Shown here: positions 1-8,370 of the stretch, in pieces
Position numbering within the stretch: the first letter of the stretch is position 1
How the letters are laid out: each line of letters opens with the position of its first letter
IMG/VR virus record: IMGVR_UViG_3300023197_000205
Location: 1-49,456 of that record
Source of the DNA: a virus
Taxonomy: Duplodnaviria > Caudoviricetes
DNA length: 49,456 bases
Reading direction: 5' to 3' (one strand)
Position numbers and translations under genes: made by a program
The notes under the pieces: generated by a model
What the model was told of the DNA's origin: nothing
Seen by the model: only the letters and a program-made list of their open reading frames with translations
Database searches by the model: none

Positions 1-357
1 GAGGTACTCACCGGGATACGACGTGGGTGCGAAGCCCCCGGGGTAGAACGTCCGGGTCTCGGGGATGTTGTGGACGCGCACGTGTGCCTGGCCGAGGTCG
101 ATATCGACCGGCAGGGCGTACAGTCGCAGTGCTTCCTCCAGGTACTCGCCGATCTGCTCCGGCTTGGTGAGATAGTCATCGGCGAGGTCGGGGTCGTGGG
201 TGTGGAGGTCGGTCCAGTCCAGTTCGAACGAGCGCTGTTCGTTCGGGTAGTGTTCGGCGAGCTGTCCGACGGCGTCACTGTAGTCGCGGCGAAGCCACGC
301 CGCGAGGTCGTCAACCGTCTCGGGATCGACGTTGCGATCGGTTTGAGTCGTTTGCAT
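1..357 (-). CDS. mcm: MCM helicase, N-terminal part (gene runs off the window)
   Basis: Not in the ORF track; my translation from ATG 357 gives MQTTQTDRN...GQLAEHYPNEQRSFELDWTDLHTHDPDLADDYLTKPEQIGEYLEEALRLYALPVDIDLGQAHVRVHNIPE, the typical haloarchaeal MCM N-terminus. Confidence 0.9.
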   Translation of the reverse strand, partial: MQTTQTDRNVDPETVDDLAAWLRRDYSDAVGQLAEHYPNEQRSFELDWTDLHTHDPDLADDYLTKPEQIGEYLEEALRLYALPVDIDLGQAHVRVHNIPETRTFYPGGFAPTSYPGEYL

Positions 358-382
358 GGTTGGGGTGGTGAACTGCGGTCCG

Positions 383-598
383 CTTTTCTCCCGAGAATAA
401 AACGCCGAACCACCGTTCACGCCGCCGCAGACGGCGTCGGGCGGCGTCGTGGTCGGCGTACCCTCGGGTAACGAAACGTTCGTACAAACTACACTACAAC
501 GCAACTTTCTCCAAGATCAACGGAGGTGGGATCCCTCGGCGGAAGAAACGGCTCATGAGCGGACCCCCTCCCCGCCCGTTTTATTCTCGGAAGAAAAG
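383..598. repeat. 22-bp inverted repeat around an A/C-rich spacer; candidate replication origin
   Basis: 383-404 CTTTTCTCCCGAGAATAAAACG and 577-598 CGTTTTATTCTCGGAAGAAAAG match 21/22 as an inverted repeat; directly upstream of mcm. Confidence 0.6.
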
Positions 599-1044
599 GC
601 GACGCCTCGTTTTGCTCGCTCGGCGTCGACGGCCAGCCGCATCGGCCGGTCGTTCTCCCGGAAGGTGAAGCCCGGGACGTCCTGGACCTCGTTGCCGTCC
701 TCGTCGACGCCGGCGGCGAGCCGCATGAGCTTGTAGCAGTGGTCCGAGCCGGGCTCGCCGTCGAACACGCCCCACATCACGTCGGAGTAGTCGAGCGTGG
801 TCTTGCCGTGGCCTTCGACGGCGCGCTCGAACGCGTGTTCCCGCACCATCCCGACCTTCTCGTCGAGCGACCGGGCCGAGTAGGGGCGCTCCTCGTCCAT
901 CTCCGAGAGGCGGAACGACAGCGCGGCGACCTCGTCCTCCAGGTCGTCGACGCGGTCGGCGACCTCCTCCAACTCGATCACTCGCGAGAGCGCCCGCTGG
1001 GCGACCTGGATGGCGTCGTCGACGGTCCGCTCGGGTTCAGACAT
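553..1044 (-). CDS. Coiled-coil plus possible wHTH protein; candidate initiator or MCM loader
   Basis: Likely start ATG 1044 (MSEPERT); heptad-like N-terminus; adjacent to mcm and the inverted repeat. Confidence 0.65.
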   Translation of the reverse strand: MSEPERTVDDAIQVAQRALSRVIELEEVADRVDDLEDEVAALSFRLSEMDEERPYSARSLDEKVGMVREHAFERAVEGHGKTTLDYSDVMWGVFDGEPGSDHCYKLMRLAAGVDEDGNEVQDVPGFTFRENDRPMRLAVDAERAKRGVAFSSENKTGGEGVRS

Positions 1045-1183
1045 CACCGACCACCTCGCCGTCGTCGGCGTGGTCGTCGCAGACGGGGCGCTCGCCGTGG
1101 TCGGGGTGGTCGATGACGACGACGGCGCCGTTGCTACAGCCAAGCGCCGTACAGAACGGACCGGTGACGGCGTCGGCGCTCAT
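1037..1183 (-). CDS. Small Cys/His Zn-binding protein (48 aa)
   Basis: My translation MSADAVTGPFCTALGCSNGAVVVIDHPDHGERPVCDDHADDGEVVGDV; GGGGGTG SD-like motif; overlaps the next gene. Confidence 0.7.
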   Translation of the reverse strand: MSADAVTGPFCTALGCSNGAVVVIDHPDHGERPVCDDHADDGEVVGDV

Positions 1184-1329
1184 GCCGACACACCCCCGCC
1201 GGGGGAACTGGCTATCGCGGGATCTGGTTTATCCGCCTGCTTTGGACTCTCTTCTGCCAGTTCTGAGGTGATGGAACACGTACTTCTACCAATAGTGAGT
1301 TTGTAGTACATACAGTGTGACGTGTCGGT

Positions 1330-2586
1330 ATGGCCGAAACATCGGACCCCCAGGACTTCGCCGGCGGCCTTGAACGGCAGCGCCGTCTCCTCGATGAGAG
1401 CGACGACGTCCACGAAGCTGACCGGGAGCTGATTCAGCGCTGGCTCCGCAAGAAGGACGGCACCCTCGCAACGTCGAGCCTGAAGACGTACCTCCGGCGT
1501 GTCCGCGTCGCCAGCGAACGCGCGGACATGCCGCTTATCGAGATGGGCGAACCCGACTACCACGACCTGGTGTTCGCGCTGCGCCACGAGCACGACCTCG
1601 CCGACTCGACGGTCTACTCCTACGAAAATGCCGTCTTGCTCTTCATCGACGACATGACCGACGAGGGCGTTGAGTGGCCCGACACTGTCGAGCGGACAAG
1701 CGTCGACCGGGACACCGTCAACGTCGACGACGTCCTGACGCCCAAGGACATCCAGACGCTGACGTCCACCGCACGGCATCAGCGCGACGTGGCGTTCGTC
1801 GAGTTCCTGGCCGACACTGGTGCCCGCCTCTCGCTCGCGCTGTCGCTCCGTGTCGGCGACGTCGACCTCTCGGAGCCCGCGACCTACACCCCGAACGCAG
1901 AGGCAGAGGGGCTGAAGGGCGCGCCGATCACGGAGTACCCACTCATCGACTCTGCGGCGGCGATCCGCTCGTATCTCCGAACCGCACATCCACGTCCGGA
2001 CGACCCCGAGGTGGCGCTGTTCCATCAGCTGAAGCCCCATGACAGGGGCGACGACGGCGAGCGCTGGACTGACGACGGCGGTGTCGTCGCAAACGCCGCC
2101 CGCCAGCAGCTCAAGCGCATCGCCGAGCGGGCGGACGTCGACAAGCCGGTCAAGCCCCACGCCTTCCGCCACGCGGCTATCACGCGGATGGTCCGCGAGG
2201 GCTACAGCCGCTCGCAGATCGAACACCGCGTTCATTGGACGCTCGACAGCGACATGTGGGAGACCTACGAGCACGTCACTGGGGAGGAGCACACTGAGGA
2301 CATCTTTCGCTCGGCGGGGCTCATCGAGGACGATGACGGCCCGGACAAGGTCCGCAAGGCCTGTGGCAACTGCAACCAGCCGCTCGCCCCGCACCACGAG
2401 TTCTGCCCGAACTGCGGCCGCCCAGCGTCGCCCGGCGCTGCAGAAACGGTCGACGATGCGAAGGACACCGTCCTCGACTCGCTGGTCGAGGAGACCAACC
2501 CCGCGACACGACGCGAACTGAAGGCGCTGCTCGCCGAGATCGAGGTTCGTCCCGACACCGTTCAGGATCACGACGATCCCTCCTGA
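1330..2586 (+). CDS. int: Tyrosine integrase with C-terminal Zn ribbon (SNJ2-like architecture)
   Basis: Catalytic set DTGARLS, HAFRH, VHW, ETYEH; C-terminal CGNC...CPNC. Confidence 0.92.
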   Translation: MAETSDPQDFAGGLERQRRLLDESDDVHEADRELIQRWLRKKDGTLATSSLKTYLRRVRVASERADMPLIEMGEPDYHDLVFALRHEHDLADSTVYSYENAVLLFIDDMTDEGVEWPDTVERTSVDRDTVNVDDVLTPKDIQTLTSTARHQRDVAFVEFLADTGARLSLALSLRVGDVDLSEPATYTPNAEAEGLKGAPITEYPLIDSAAAIRSYLRTAHPRPDDPEVALFHQLKPHDRGDDGERWTDDGGVVANAARQQLKRIAERADVDKPVKPHAFRHAAITRMVREGYSRSQIEHRVHWTLDSDMWETYEHVTGEEHTEDIFRSAGLIEDDDGPDKVRKACGNCNQPLAPHHEFCPNCGRPASPGAAETVDDAKDTVLDSLVEETNPATRRELKALLAEIEVRPDTVQDHDDPS

Positions 2587-2720
2587 CGGCGGCGAAGAGC
2601 GGTTTCCGCCATCCGGGTTATTTCGGGGTCGATGTCCTTCCGAACCAGTGCTTTCAGCTTCTCCTCGCGGGTCCGTTCGGTCGTGATCTCCTGGTCGTCG
2701 GTAGTTCCTGCTTCGCTCAT
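2568..2720 (-). CDS. Small hypothetical protein (50 aa)
   Basis: My translation MSEAGTTDDQEITTERTREEKLKALVRKDIDPEITRMAETALRRRQEGSS; ATGA overlap with the upstream gene. Confidence 0.65.
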   Translation of the reverse strand: MSEAGTTDDQEITTERTREEKLKALVRKDIDPEITRMAETALRRRQEGSS

Positions 2721-3004
2721 GCTGGGGTCTCCGTGCCCGCGTCGAGCACGGGCTTAATCTGCTGATACGCGTCCTGGTCGAGCTCGCGCTCGGTGAGAAC
2801 GGTCACGATCCGGTGGTTGACTCGTAGCAAGACGGCGCCCGTCGAAATGTGGACTCGGCACTCGTCGGTGTGTGTCGTCTGCTCGGGACCAGCAACGCGC
2901 TGGGCGTGCTCCCACGCCGTCTTCGGGGCGACGCTGTCCGCGGGGGTCCGCTCATCCCACCGCTGGGCTGCGTGTGCTGAAATGATTGGGTCGTCGGCGC
3001 TCAT
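2717..3004 (-). CDS. Hypothetical protein, possible DUF4258/RelE-like fold
   Basis: ISAHAAQRWDER and RIVTVL motifs; ATGA coupling. Confidence 0.65.
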   Translation of the reverse strand: MSADDPIISAHAAQRWDERTPADSVAPKTAWEHAQRVAGPEQTTHTDECRVHISTGAVLLRVNHRIVTVLTERELDQDAYQQIKPVLDAGTETPA

Positions 3005-3627
3005 CGGCGACCACCGCCACGGTAGGCACCACGACCCGCACGCGCCTCGTTGACCTCGCAGTACCGGTCGAGCGAGTGGACGAGCGCCCGCGCCCTCCCG
3101 ATCGTGATCCCGAGGGCCCCAGCGATGTCGTCGAGGAACTCGTGCGTGTCGACGGCATCGTGGACGTCTGTCGACGTGATCCCGTCAGGGAACTCGACAT
3201 CGGGGCTGTCGTCGGTCTCGTCCCCGCCTCCGTCGCAACCGTGCGCACAGTGCGCGCCGAGCGCGTGATGGGTCTCGAACGCCTCTCCACAGTCATCGCA
3301 GGCGTAGCCGGTGTCGACGTCGGCATCGCGAACCGACAGCACACTGCCACACGAGTTGCGCCCGCCGCGCTTCCCGTGGTGGTACAGGCGCGCGGGTGGG
3401 TCCGAGCCGGTGTCCAGTTCGATCTCGTACTCGGCACCGCGGACGCCCTCTAACTGCAGCGTCCCGGTCAGCCAGTCGCCGCCGAACGGAACGCGCCACT
3501 CGACGCGGTCCACGTCGACCACGTCCTGACTGTCCCAGGTCTGCGACGCCGTTTCGACGCTGATCGTGTCGTCGGGCGAAACGGTCGCGAGCGCGCCGAC
3601 GACATTGGCGCTAAATGTATCACTCAT
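3001..3627 (-). CDS. C2H2-type Zn finger plus HTH protein
   Basis: CDDCGEAFETHHALGAH; C-terminal DDIAGALGITIGRARALV. Confidence 0.8.
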   Translation of the reverse strand: MSDTFSANVVGALATVSPDDTISVETASQTWDSQDVVDVDRVEWRVPFGGDWLTGTLQLEGVRGAEYEIELDTGSDPPARLYHHGKRGGRNSCGSVLSVRDADVDTGYACDDCGEAFETHHALGAHCAHGCDGGGDETDDSPDVEFPDGITSTDVHDAVDTHEFLDDIAGALGITIGRARALVHSLDRYCEVNEARAGRGAYRGGGRR

Positions 3628-3907
3628 CCCGGCTCACCTCGCGGAACACGCGGTCGAACACGGTCGCCAGGTGGCGGTCCGGAACGTCGTGGACCTCGGC
3701 GGCGTCGAGGACGGAGCGCTGAAACGGGGTCCCGCTCCCGACGTCGTCGAGCGCGTCCGACACCGCTGCCTCGACGGTCTCGGTCGCCTGAACTTCGTCG
3801 GCGAGTCGAAGCCCGCAGTCGGGGCAGTGAGCCCAGTCGGGGGCGACAAGCCGTCCGCAAACGCACTTGTCCTGCCTCGTCAGTGGGGTGTCGGCGGTGT
3901 CACTCAT
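3620..3907 (-). CDS. CPxCG Zn-ribbon protein
   Basis: Start MSDTADTP at 3907; CVCG...HCPDCG. Confidence 0.75.
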   Translation of the reverse strand: MSDTADTPLTRQDKCVCGRLVAPDWAHCPDCGLRLADEVQATETVEAAVSDALDDVGSGTPFQRSVLDAAEVHDVPDRHLATVFDRVFREVSRDE

Positions 3908-4776
3908 CGCTCTCGCCCTCCCGCTCGACGACCGTGTCGAGCTCGTCCAGCGACCCGCCGGACTCTTCTTCGCGCTTGTCGCGGCAGACGATGCACAGGC
4001 CGTCGTCGCCGACGCTGTCGGACTCGCGACCACACTCCTCGCACTCGGTGGTCTCGTCGTCCCCGTCGGGGAGTTCGGACTGCTTGATCGGGTTGTCCCG
4101 GTCGTCGGCTACCTCCGCGAACGGAAGCAGTTCCTCCTCGATGAACCGGATGGCGTCCGAGGCGTCGCTGGTGGAGTAGAGGGCCACGTAGCCGCTCTGG
4201 TAGACGACGCCGCGGACGACCCAACCGCCCCAGGGACGCTCGAACCCCCATGCCGATAGTCGGCCGGTCGTCCTTGCTGGCCTGATTGTGGTAGTCGATC
4301 GTCGCGCCGTCACCGGCAGGATCCGCGCCGGTCATCCACACGTCGCCGAGCGCGTCCTCGCGGTCCCACGCCTGGTGGAGCGCCTCGACGTCGACCTGCA
4401 GCGCCTGCGGCCGCGTGCCGGTCACGTTCCACAGCAGGTCGATCGGGAAGTCCGCGAGGTCGGTCCCCTCAACGGACTCGGCGATAAACAGGCCGGTTCC
4501 GGTCACGTCGGCGATCCAGTCGGTCGCCACCGTCTCTCGGGTCTCGCGACGCTCGATGTCGATCGCGACTGACTCCCCCTCGGCGTTGCGCCCGATGGAG
4601 ATGTCCTGTGCCGTCGTGTCGATGTGTCCGGCTGCCGTGCCGGACTGAACGGGCCTGTCGTCGAAACTCGTCTGCGTCCGTTCGACATCAAGTGCCGGCG
4701 GGCGGTCACCCTGGAACCACGAGTCCAGGCGCTCGTCGAGCGGGTCCTGCAGTTGGATGAGCGTGCCCGCGATCAT
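3900..4776 (-). pseudogene. Hypothetical gene split by one extra base in a C5 run (4245-4249)
   Basis: The acidic frame from ATG 4776 turns Arg-rich after RPTIGMG; the natural continuation GFERPWGGWVVRGVVYQSGY...CEEC..CIVC lies in the other frame. Confidence 0.7.
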
Positions 4777-4976
4777 CGCACACCTCCGAGGTCGACGACG
4801 TCGTTCGGGTCGGCCTCGATCCACTCGCCGGGCGACTCGAACAGGTGGTCGACGGCGCTGTCACAGTCGCTGGGGAACAGCGTGATGCGGTCACGGCCGG
4901 GCTGGCGGATGCGGCGGGCCTGCAGCAGCGCCGGCGACTCCTGGCGGAGCGCCCGCTTGTGGAGTTCGCGGAGCAT
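4773..4976 (-). CDS. Hypothetical protein
   Basis: Start/stop overlaps with both neighbours; GGAGGTG SD for the next gene. Confidence 0.65.
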   Translation of the reverse strand: MLRELHKRALRQESPALLQARRIRQPGRDRITLFPSDCDSAVDHLFESPGEWIEADPNDVVDLGGVR

Positions 4977-5122
4977 CAGGCTTCACCCCGCATGGCGCGG
5001 ACCTGCCCGACGCGGTCCCGGGCGTCGTCAAGTGCGGACTCGACGGCCTCCAGGTCGGCGTCGCCGGCGACGGCCGCTTCGAGCGCGTTGTCGAGCTTAG
5101 TGCGGAACTCGTCGGCCGACAT
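4976..5122 (-). CDS. Small helical hypothetical protein (48 aa)
   Basis: MSADEFRTKLDNALEAAVAG; coupled stop/start. Confidence 0.65.
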   Translation of the reverse strand: MSADEFRTKLDNALEAAVAGDADLEAVESALDDARDRVGQVRAMRGEA

Positions 5123-5277
5123 CAGTTGACCACCCTGTCGTGGTCGGTCGCAAGGTAGATCTCCATGCCGAGGGTCGTTGCACGCGTTTCCTCGCACCCG
5201 TCACGGCGACAAGTGCGGGGCGTGTCTCTGGTTGGACAGTCGGTGCGGTCGTCAGTCTGCGGTCGTGGTGTGCTCAT
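5122..5277 (-). CDS. Small hypothetical protein (51 aa)
   Basis: My translation MSTPRPQTDDRTDCPTRDTPRTCRRDGCEETRATTLGMEIYLATDHDRVVN; TGATG coupling. Confidence 0.5.
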   Translation of the reverse strand: MSTPRPQTDDRTDCPTRDTPRTCRRDGCEETRATTLGMEIYLATDHDRVVN

Positions 5278-5343
5278 GATTTGGTTGGGCGTAGGTGCGA
5301 TGCCGCGCGAGGCCAGCTGGTGACTGGCGGGATGCGCGGCGGG

Positions 5344-5628
5344 TTAGTCGATGATCTGCACGGCCGACCAGGGGACGTCGCGGTCCTCTGCCTTGTCGTG
5401 GAGCTCGTAGTGCTCCGGGTCGACATCGACCTGGCGCGAGCAACTGTAGCAGAAGATATGCGAGTTCGTCCTGCTCCAGTCGCGATGGCCGTTCGGGCAG
5501 GTGTACCGCCAGCGGTCGGCCTCGTTGGTGAGGTCGATGACGACCGGCTCGGGCCGGTCGCCGTAGGCGCTCCCATCAGCGCGGAGTAGTTGTCCTCCCA
5601 TGCCGTCAGCGTCTGACGCGGGCGACAC
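5344..5628 (-). CDS. Zn-binding hypothetical protein
   Basis: YTCPNGH...IFCYSC; acidic composition; start uncertain. Confidence 0.7.
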   Translation of the reverse strand: MSPASDADGMGGQLLRADGSAYGDRPEPVVIDLTNEADRWRYTCPNGHRDWSRTNSHIFCYSCSRQVDVDPEHYELHDKAEDRDVPWSAVQIID

Positions 5629-5896
5629 GGAAGTACCATTTTGTCGGCCCCGGTGAAAGTGAAACGCCCCGCCGATTGCACGAACCGCACGACGGCGGCG
5701 ACGCGGGTGACGACGCCGCGAGTGAAAGTAGTCACCACGTTGTTACCAGTCGGGAGCCGGTAGGCTGCGATTACCGGGCCCGAACGTGGCGCATTACTTC
5801 GTGGGATCGTGTCGTGGGTTCGCATGGGGATTCTCGGGGTCGGTCCGCGTGGGGGCGCGGGTCGGCCGTTTTCAGTTGGCGAGCGGTGCGTCTCGG

Positions 5897-6112
5897 CTAC
5901 GTCTCGGCGGGCGTCGCCGACGCCGACTCGTCTTCGTCGGCGATCCCAGCCGCGTCGACGAACTCTTCCCAGAGGCCTCGTTCCTCCAGGTGAAGCCGAA
6001 CGTCAGCGGCGTCGTTGAGCCAGTCGCTTCGGGAGTCGGTCCCCGTCAGCTGGGCGTCGACCTCGTCCATGGTCGTCTCGTCGATTGTGATTCCGGTGTT
6101 TACCTTTCCCAT
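5897..6112 (-). CDS. Ribbon-helix-helix (CopG-like) regulator, Cro-like position
   Basis: NTGITID strand followed by SRSDWLNDAA helix. Confidence 0.75.
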   Translation of the reverse strand: MGKVNTGITIDETTMDEVDAQLTGTDSRSDWLNDAADVRLHLEERGLWEEFVDAAGIADEDESASATPAET

Positions 6113-6240
6113 GGCACTACTACCATGTTGGTATAATATTCACCTACCTACTTAGTGCTTCTGGTAGAATACCAACGAACCAGTTTGGTACATCAGTCAA
6201 TGGCCTAATCCTTATTATACCAGACTACCACGCCACCAGT
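6113..6240. promoter_or_regulatory. Divergent promoters with TACCA/TGGTA operator array
   Basis: AT-rich; TTATTATA about 25 nt before ATG 6241; TACCAtgtTGGTA, TGGTAgaaTACCA, TACCAgacTACCA. Confidence 0.7.
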
Positions 6241-6447
6241 ATGGCGAACACGAGTCTGACGGTTCCGGACGAGTTAGTGGAGGAGTTTGACCGCAAGATT
6301 ACGGAAATGGAGTACGAGGGTGAGTTTCCGAACAACACGTCCCGGAGCCGTGTGATTCGTGAGCTTATGGAGATGTGGGTTGAGGGGGAAGTGGAGGTCT
6401 CGATCGACGAGGGAAATCTGAATCAGGCGGTAGTAGCAGCTGACTGA
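6241..6447 (+). CDS. Ribbon-helix-helix repressor
   Basis: TSLTVPDELVEEFD...SRSRVIRELM. Confidence 0.85.
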   Translation: MANTSLTVPDELVEEFDRKITEMEYEGEFPNNTSRSRVIRELMEMWVEGEVEVSIDEGNLNQAVVAAD

Positions 6448-6449
6448 CG

Positions 6450-7124
6450 ATGCGCCGCCGCCGCTATCTCGCCCTCTCGGCGGCCGCACTCGCAGGCTGT
6501 TCGTCGTCGGGGGACCAGGACAGCACGGACACGACCACGGCACGGCCGACAGAGCCGCCGACGGCAGTTCCTGAACCGGAACCGATTTCGTACTCGGACA
6601 GCGGTGTGAGCTTCACCGAGGCGTTCGATATCGCTGGCGGGTTCACTGCGTTCGAGATGTCACACGACGGCAGCTCGAATTTCATCGTCGAGCTGCAGAC
6701 CGCCAACGGCGGGCGCGTCACGACGCTCGCAAACGCCATTGGGTCATGGTGGGCGGCGTATCCGCTTGGCTTGAACGCGGGCGAGTATCAGTTAAGCATC
6801 GATGCCGATGGCGCATGGGACATCACGATCTACCAGCCTCGGCCGACCCAGGGCGATATGCAATCCCTGCCAGTCGAGGGGTCGGATAGGTACCCGAACT
6901 ACATCGGACCGGTGGCGTTCCCCGGCAACACGCAGATCGCGGGGGACTACAACGGCGACTCGAACTTTATCGTCGAAGTGCTGTCGTTCGACGGCTACAA
7001 CTCGGATCTCCTGTTCAACGAGATCGGCGCGTTCGAGGGTGAGACGATGTACTCGGGCGAAGGGTACGGCTGGCTCCGCGTCCAGGCGACGGGTCCCTGG
7101 GCGGTCGGCGCGTACGAACCTTAA
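6450..7124 (+). CDS. Tat-exported lipoprotein with two tandem beta-sandwich-like repeats
   Basis: MRRRRYL...LAGC lipobox; repeated G.SNFIVE...N.IG...G.W motif. Confidence 0.85.
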   Translation: MRRRRYLALSAAALAGCSSSGDQDSTDTTTARPTEPPTAVPEPEPISYSDSGVSFTEAFDIAGGFTAFEMSHDGSSNFIVELQTANGGRVTTLANAIGSWWAAYPLGLNAGEYQLSIDADGAWDITIYQPRPTQGDMQSLPVEGSDRYPNYIGPVAFPGNTQIAGDYNGDSNFIVEVLSFDGYNSDLLFNEIGAFEGETMYSGEGYGWLRVQATGPWAVGAYEP

Positions 7125-7166
7125 CCAACACGCCGGCGTCGCCACTGTCGAGTGTTGGTTAAGACC
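7119..7166. repeat. Palindromic site TTAACCAACAC-N20-GTGTTGGTTAA, copy 1
   Basis: Arms at 7121-7131 and 7152-7162; identical arms recur at 16343-16384. Confidence 0.85.
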
Positions 7167-7185
7167 CGAAAAAGAGCGCCCGCGG

Positions 7186-7437
7186 TCAGCCCTGCGACGC
7201 CATCCCGCCCTCGAACTGCTCGGCCCACCACTCGGATTTTACCCAGCGCTGGGGACAGTTTGGCGCGTGCTGAAGCTCGTCGACGCCGGGTGAGGGCTCC
7301 TCGGTCAGCAGGACGCTGGCCCCGCACGCAGCACAGCGGAGCCACTTGGGCTCGTGGACCTTGTAGCCGTCCACGTTGACCGGCGTCTCCGAGCGCTCTA
7401 TCTCGAAGTGCGTGTCAGGGTCGGCGAAGGACTTCAT
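7186..7437 (-). CDS. Zn-finger hypothetical protein
   Basis: Start MKSFADP; CAACG...HAPNCPQ. Confidence 0.7.
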   Translation of the reverse strand: MKSFADPDTHFEIERSETPVNVDGYKVHEPKWLRCAACGASVLLTEEPSPGVDELQHAPNCPQRWVKSEWWAEQFEGGMASQG

Positions 7438-7649
7438 GGTCCGGCCTCCGCTTCGGCGGCCACGTCGCGGACGGCCCCGCAGTTGTCCTCGACGACCAGG
7501 CCGGCGACGATGTCGCTGCCGACGAAGGTCCACTCGCCGCCGTCGTAGCGCTCTTCGACGCGTCGCCAGCCGCCGGCGTCGCGCGCCTCGAAGCGGAGCC
7601 GGCGACGGCACTGCGGGCCGGTCCACTCGACGGTCAGGCCGCGGCTCAT
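7434..7649 (-). CDS. Hypothetical protein
   Basis: ATGA overlap; RRLRFE...WRRVEERY...W..VGS motif. Confidence 0.65.
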   Translation of the reverse strand: MSRGLTVEWTGPQCRRRLRFEARDAGGWRRVEERYDGGEWTFVGSDIVAGLVVEDNCGAVRDVAAEAEAGP

Positions 7650-7725
7650 CGGTCGCCCTCCGTATGGTCAGTATCCGGCTCGACGTACCGGCTGCTTCGA
7701 TGCGACGTGTGGGAAAAGGAACGCG

Positions 7726-7866
7726 CTACTCGTCGCCGTCCGGTTCTTCGACTTCGACCACGGCGAGAGTGACCTTCTTGCCCGCCTTCTCGGGACCGAT
7801 GGCGACTCGTCCTTTTGAGTCGGCTTTCCGCTCGATCATGTCTGAAAGTTCCACTTCGAGCTTCAT
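7726..7866 (-). CDS. Small AbrB/DUF2080-like swapped-hairpin protein (46 aa)
   Basis: My translation MKLEVELSDMIERKADSKGRVAIGPEKAGKKVTLAVVEVEEPDGDE. Confidence 0.65.
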   Translation of the reverse strand: MKLEVELSDMIERKADSKGRVAIGPEKAGKKVTLAVVEVEEPDGDE

Positions 7867-7868
7867 TA

Positions 7869-8258
7869 TCAGTTACCGAGGGCCTCTTCAACGCCCCAGT
7901 GATAATCGGACATTTCGTCGCGTTTGACGCCGCGCCCATCGTCGTCGTGGACTGCGATAACAGCGTCTCCAACGACTTGGGGCCAGTCCTCCGTGACGGC
8001 GAAATCAACCGTCTGACCGTCGATGTTTTTTCGATAAAGGGTCCAGCCCTCACCCGCTCCAGTCGTCCACGAACCGACCCGGTGAAATTGACTCCCGTGG
8101 TTCTGATAACTGAACCCCTCGATTTCGAAGCCAATTTGCTCGCGGCTGCTGTCGGCCAAATCGGCCTTAACCCATCCTTTCCCGCGCAGCGCCTCGAGCA
8201 CGTCAGCGCGCGTTTCGAATTCGGTACTGCTGTCGTCGGTGGCATTCTCTTGTGCCAT
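7869..8258 (-). CDS. Hypothetical protein in a lower-GC cassette
   Basis: Start MAQENAT about 25 nt after a TTAAGT box; acidic. Confidence 0.7.
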   Translation of the reverse strand: MAQENATDDSSTEFETRADVLEALRGKGWVKADLADSSREQIGFEIEGFSYQNHGSQFHRVGSWTTGAGEGWTLYRKNIDGQTVDFAVTEDWPQVVGDAVIAVHDDDGRGVKRDEMSDYHWGVEEALGN

Positions 8259-8260
8259 AC

Positions 8261-8310
8261 ATCCCACTTTGTCCCACTATCACTTAAGTCTTTCCCACCT
8301 AATCCCACTT
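8261..8310 (-). promoter_or_regulatory. Promoter with four TCCCAC direct repeats
   Basis: TCCCAC at 8262, 8272, 8293 and 8303 flanking ACTTAA (8282-8287). Confidence 0.6.
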
Positions 8311-8370
8311 GTCGGATTTCGGTGAATCGTTCAGTGCCGTCGTTGTAGTTACCAGTATTATTTCCAGACA

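Noticed and set aside
1215-1250. Possible tRNA D-arm/anticodon fragment as attP
   Set aside because: Resemblance too weak to call without a search
7183-7193. CGGTCAGCCCT matches the reverse complement of the site-2 spacer
   Set aside because: An 11-bp GC-rich match can arise by chance, and it lies outside the site-1 arms
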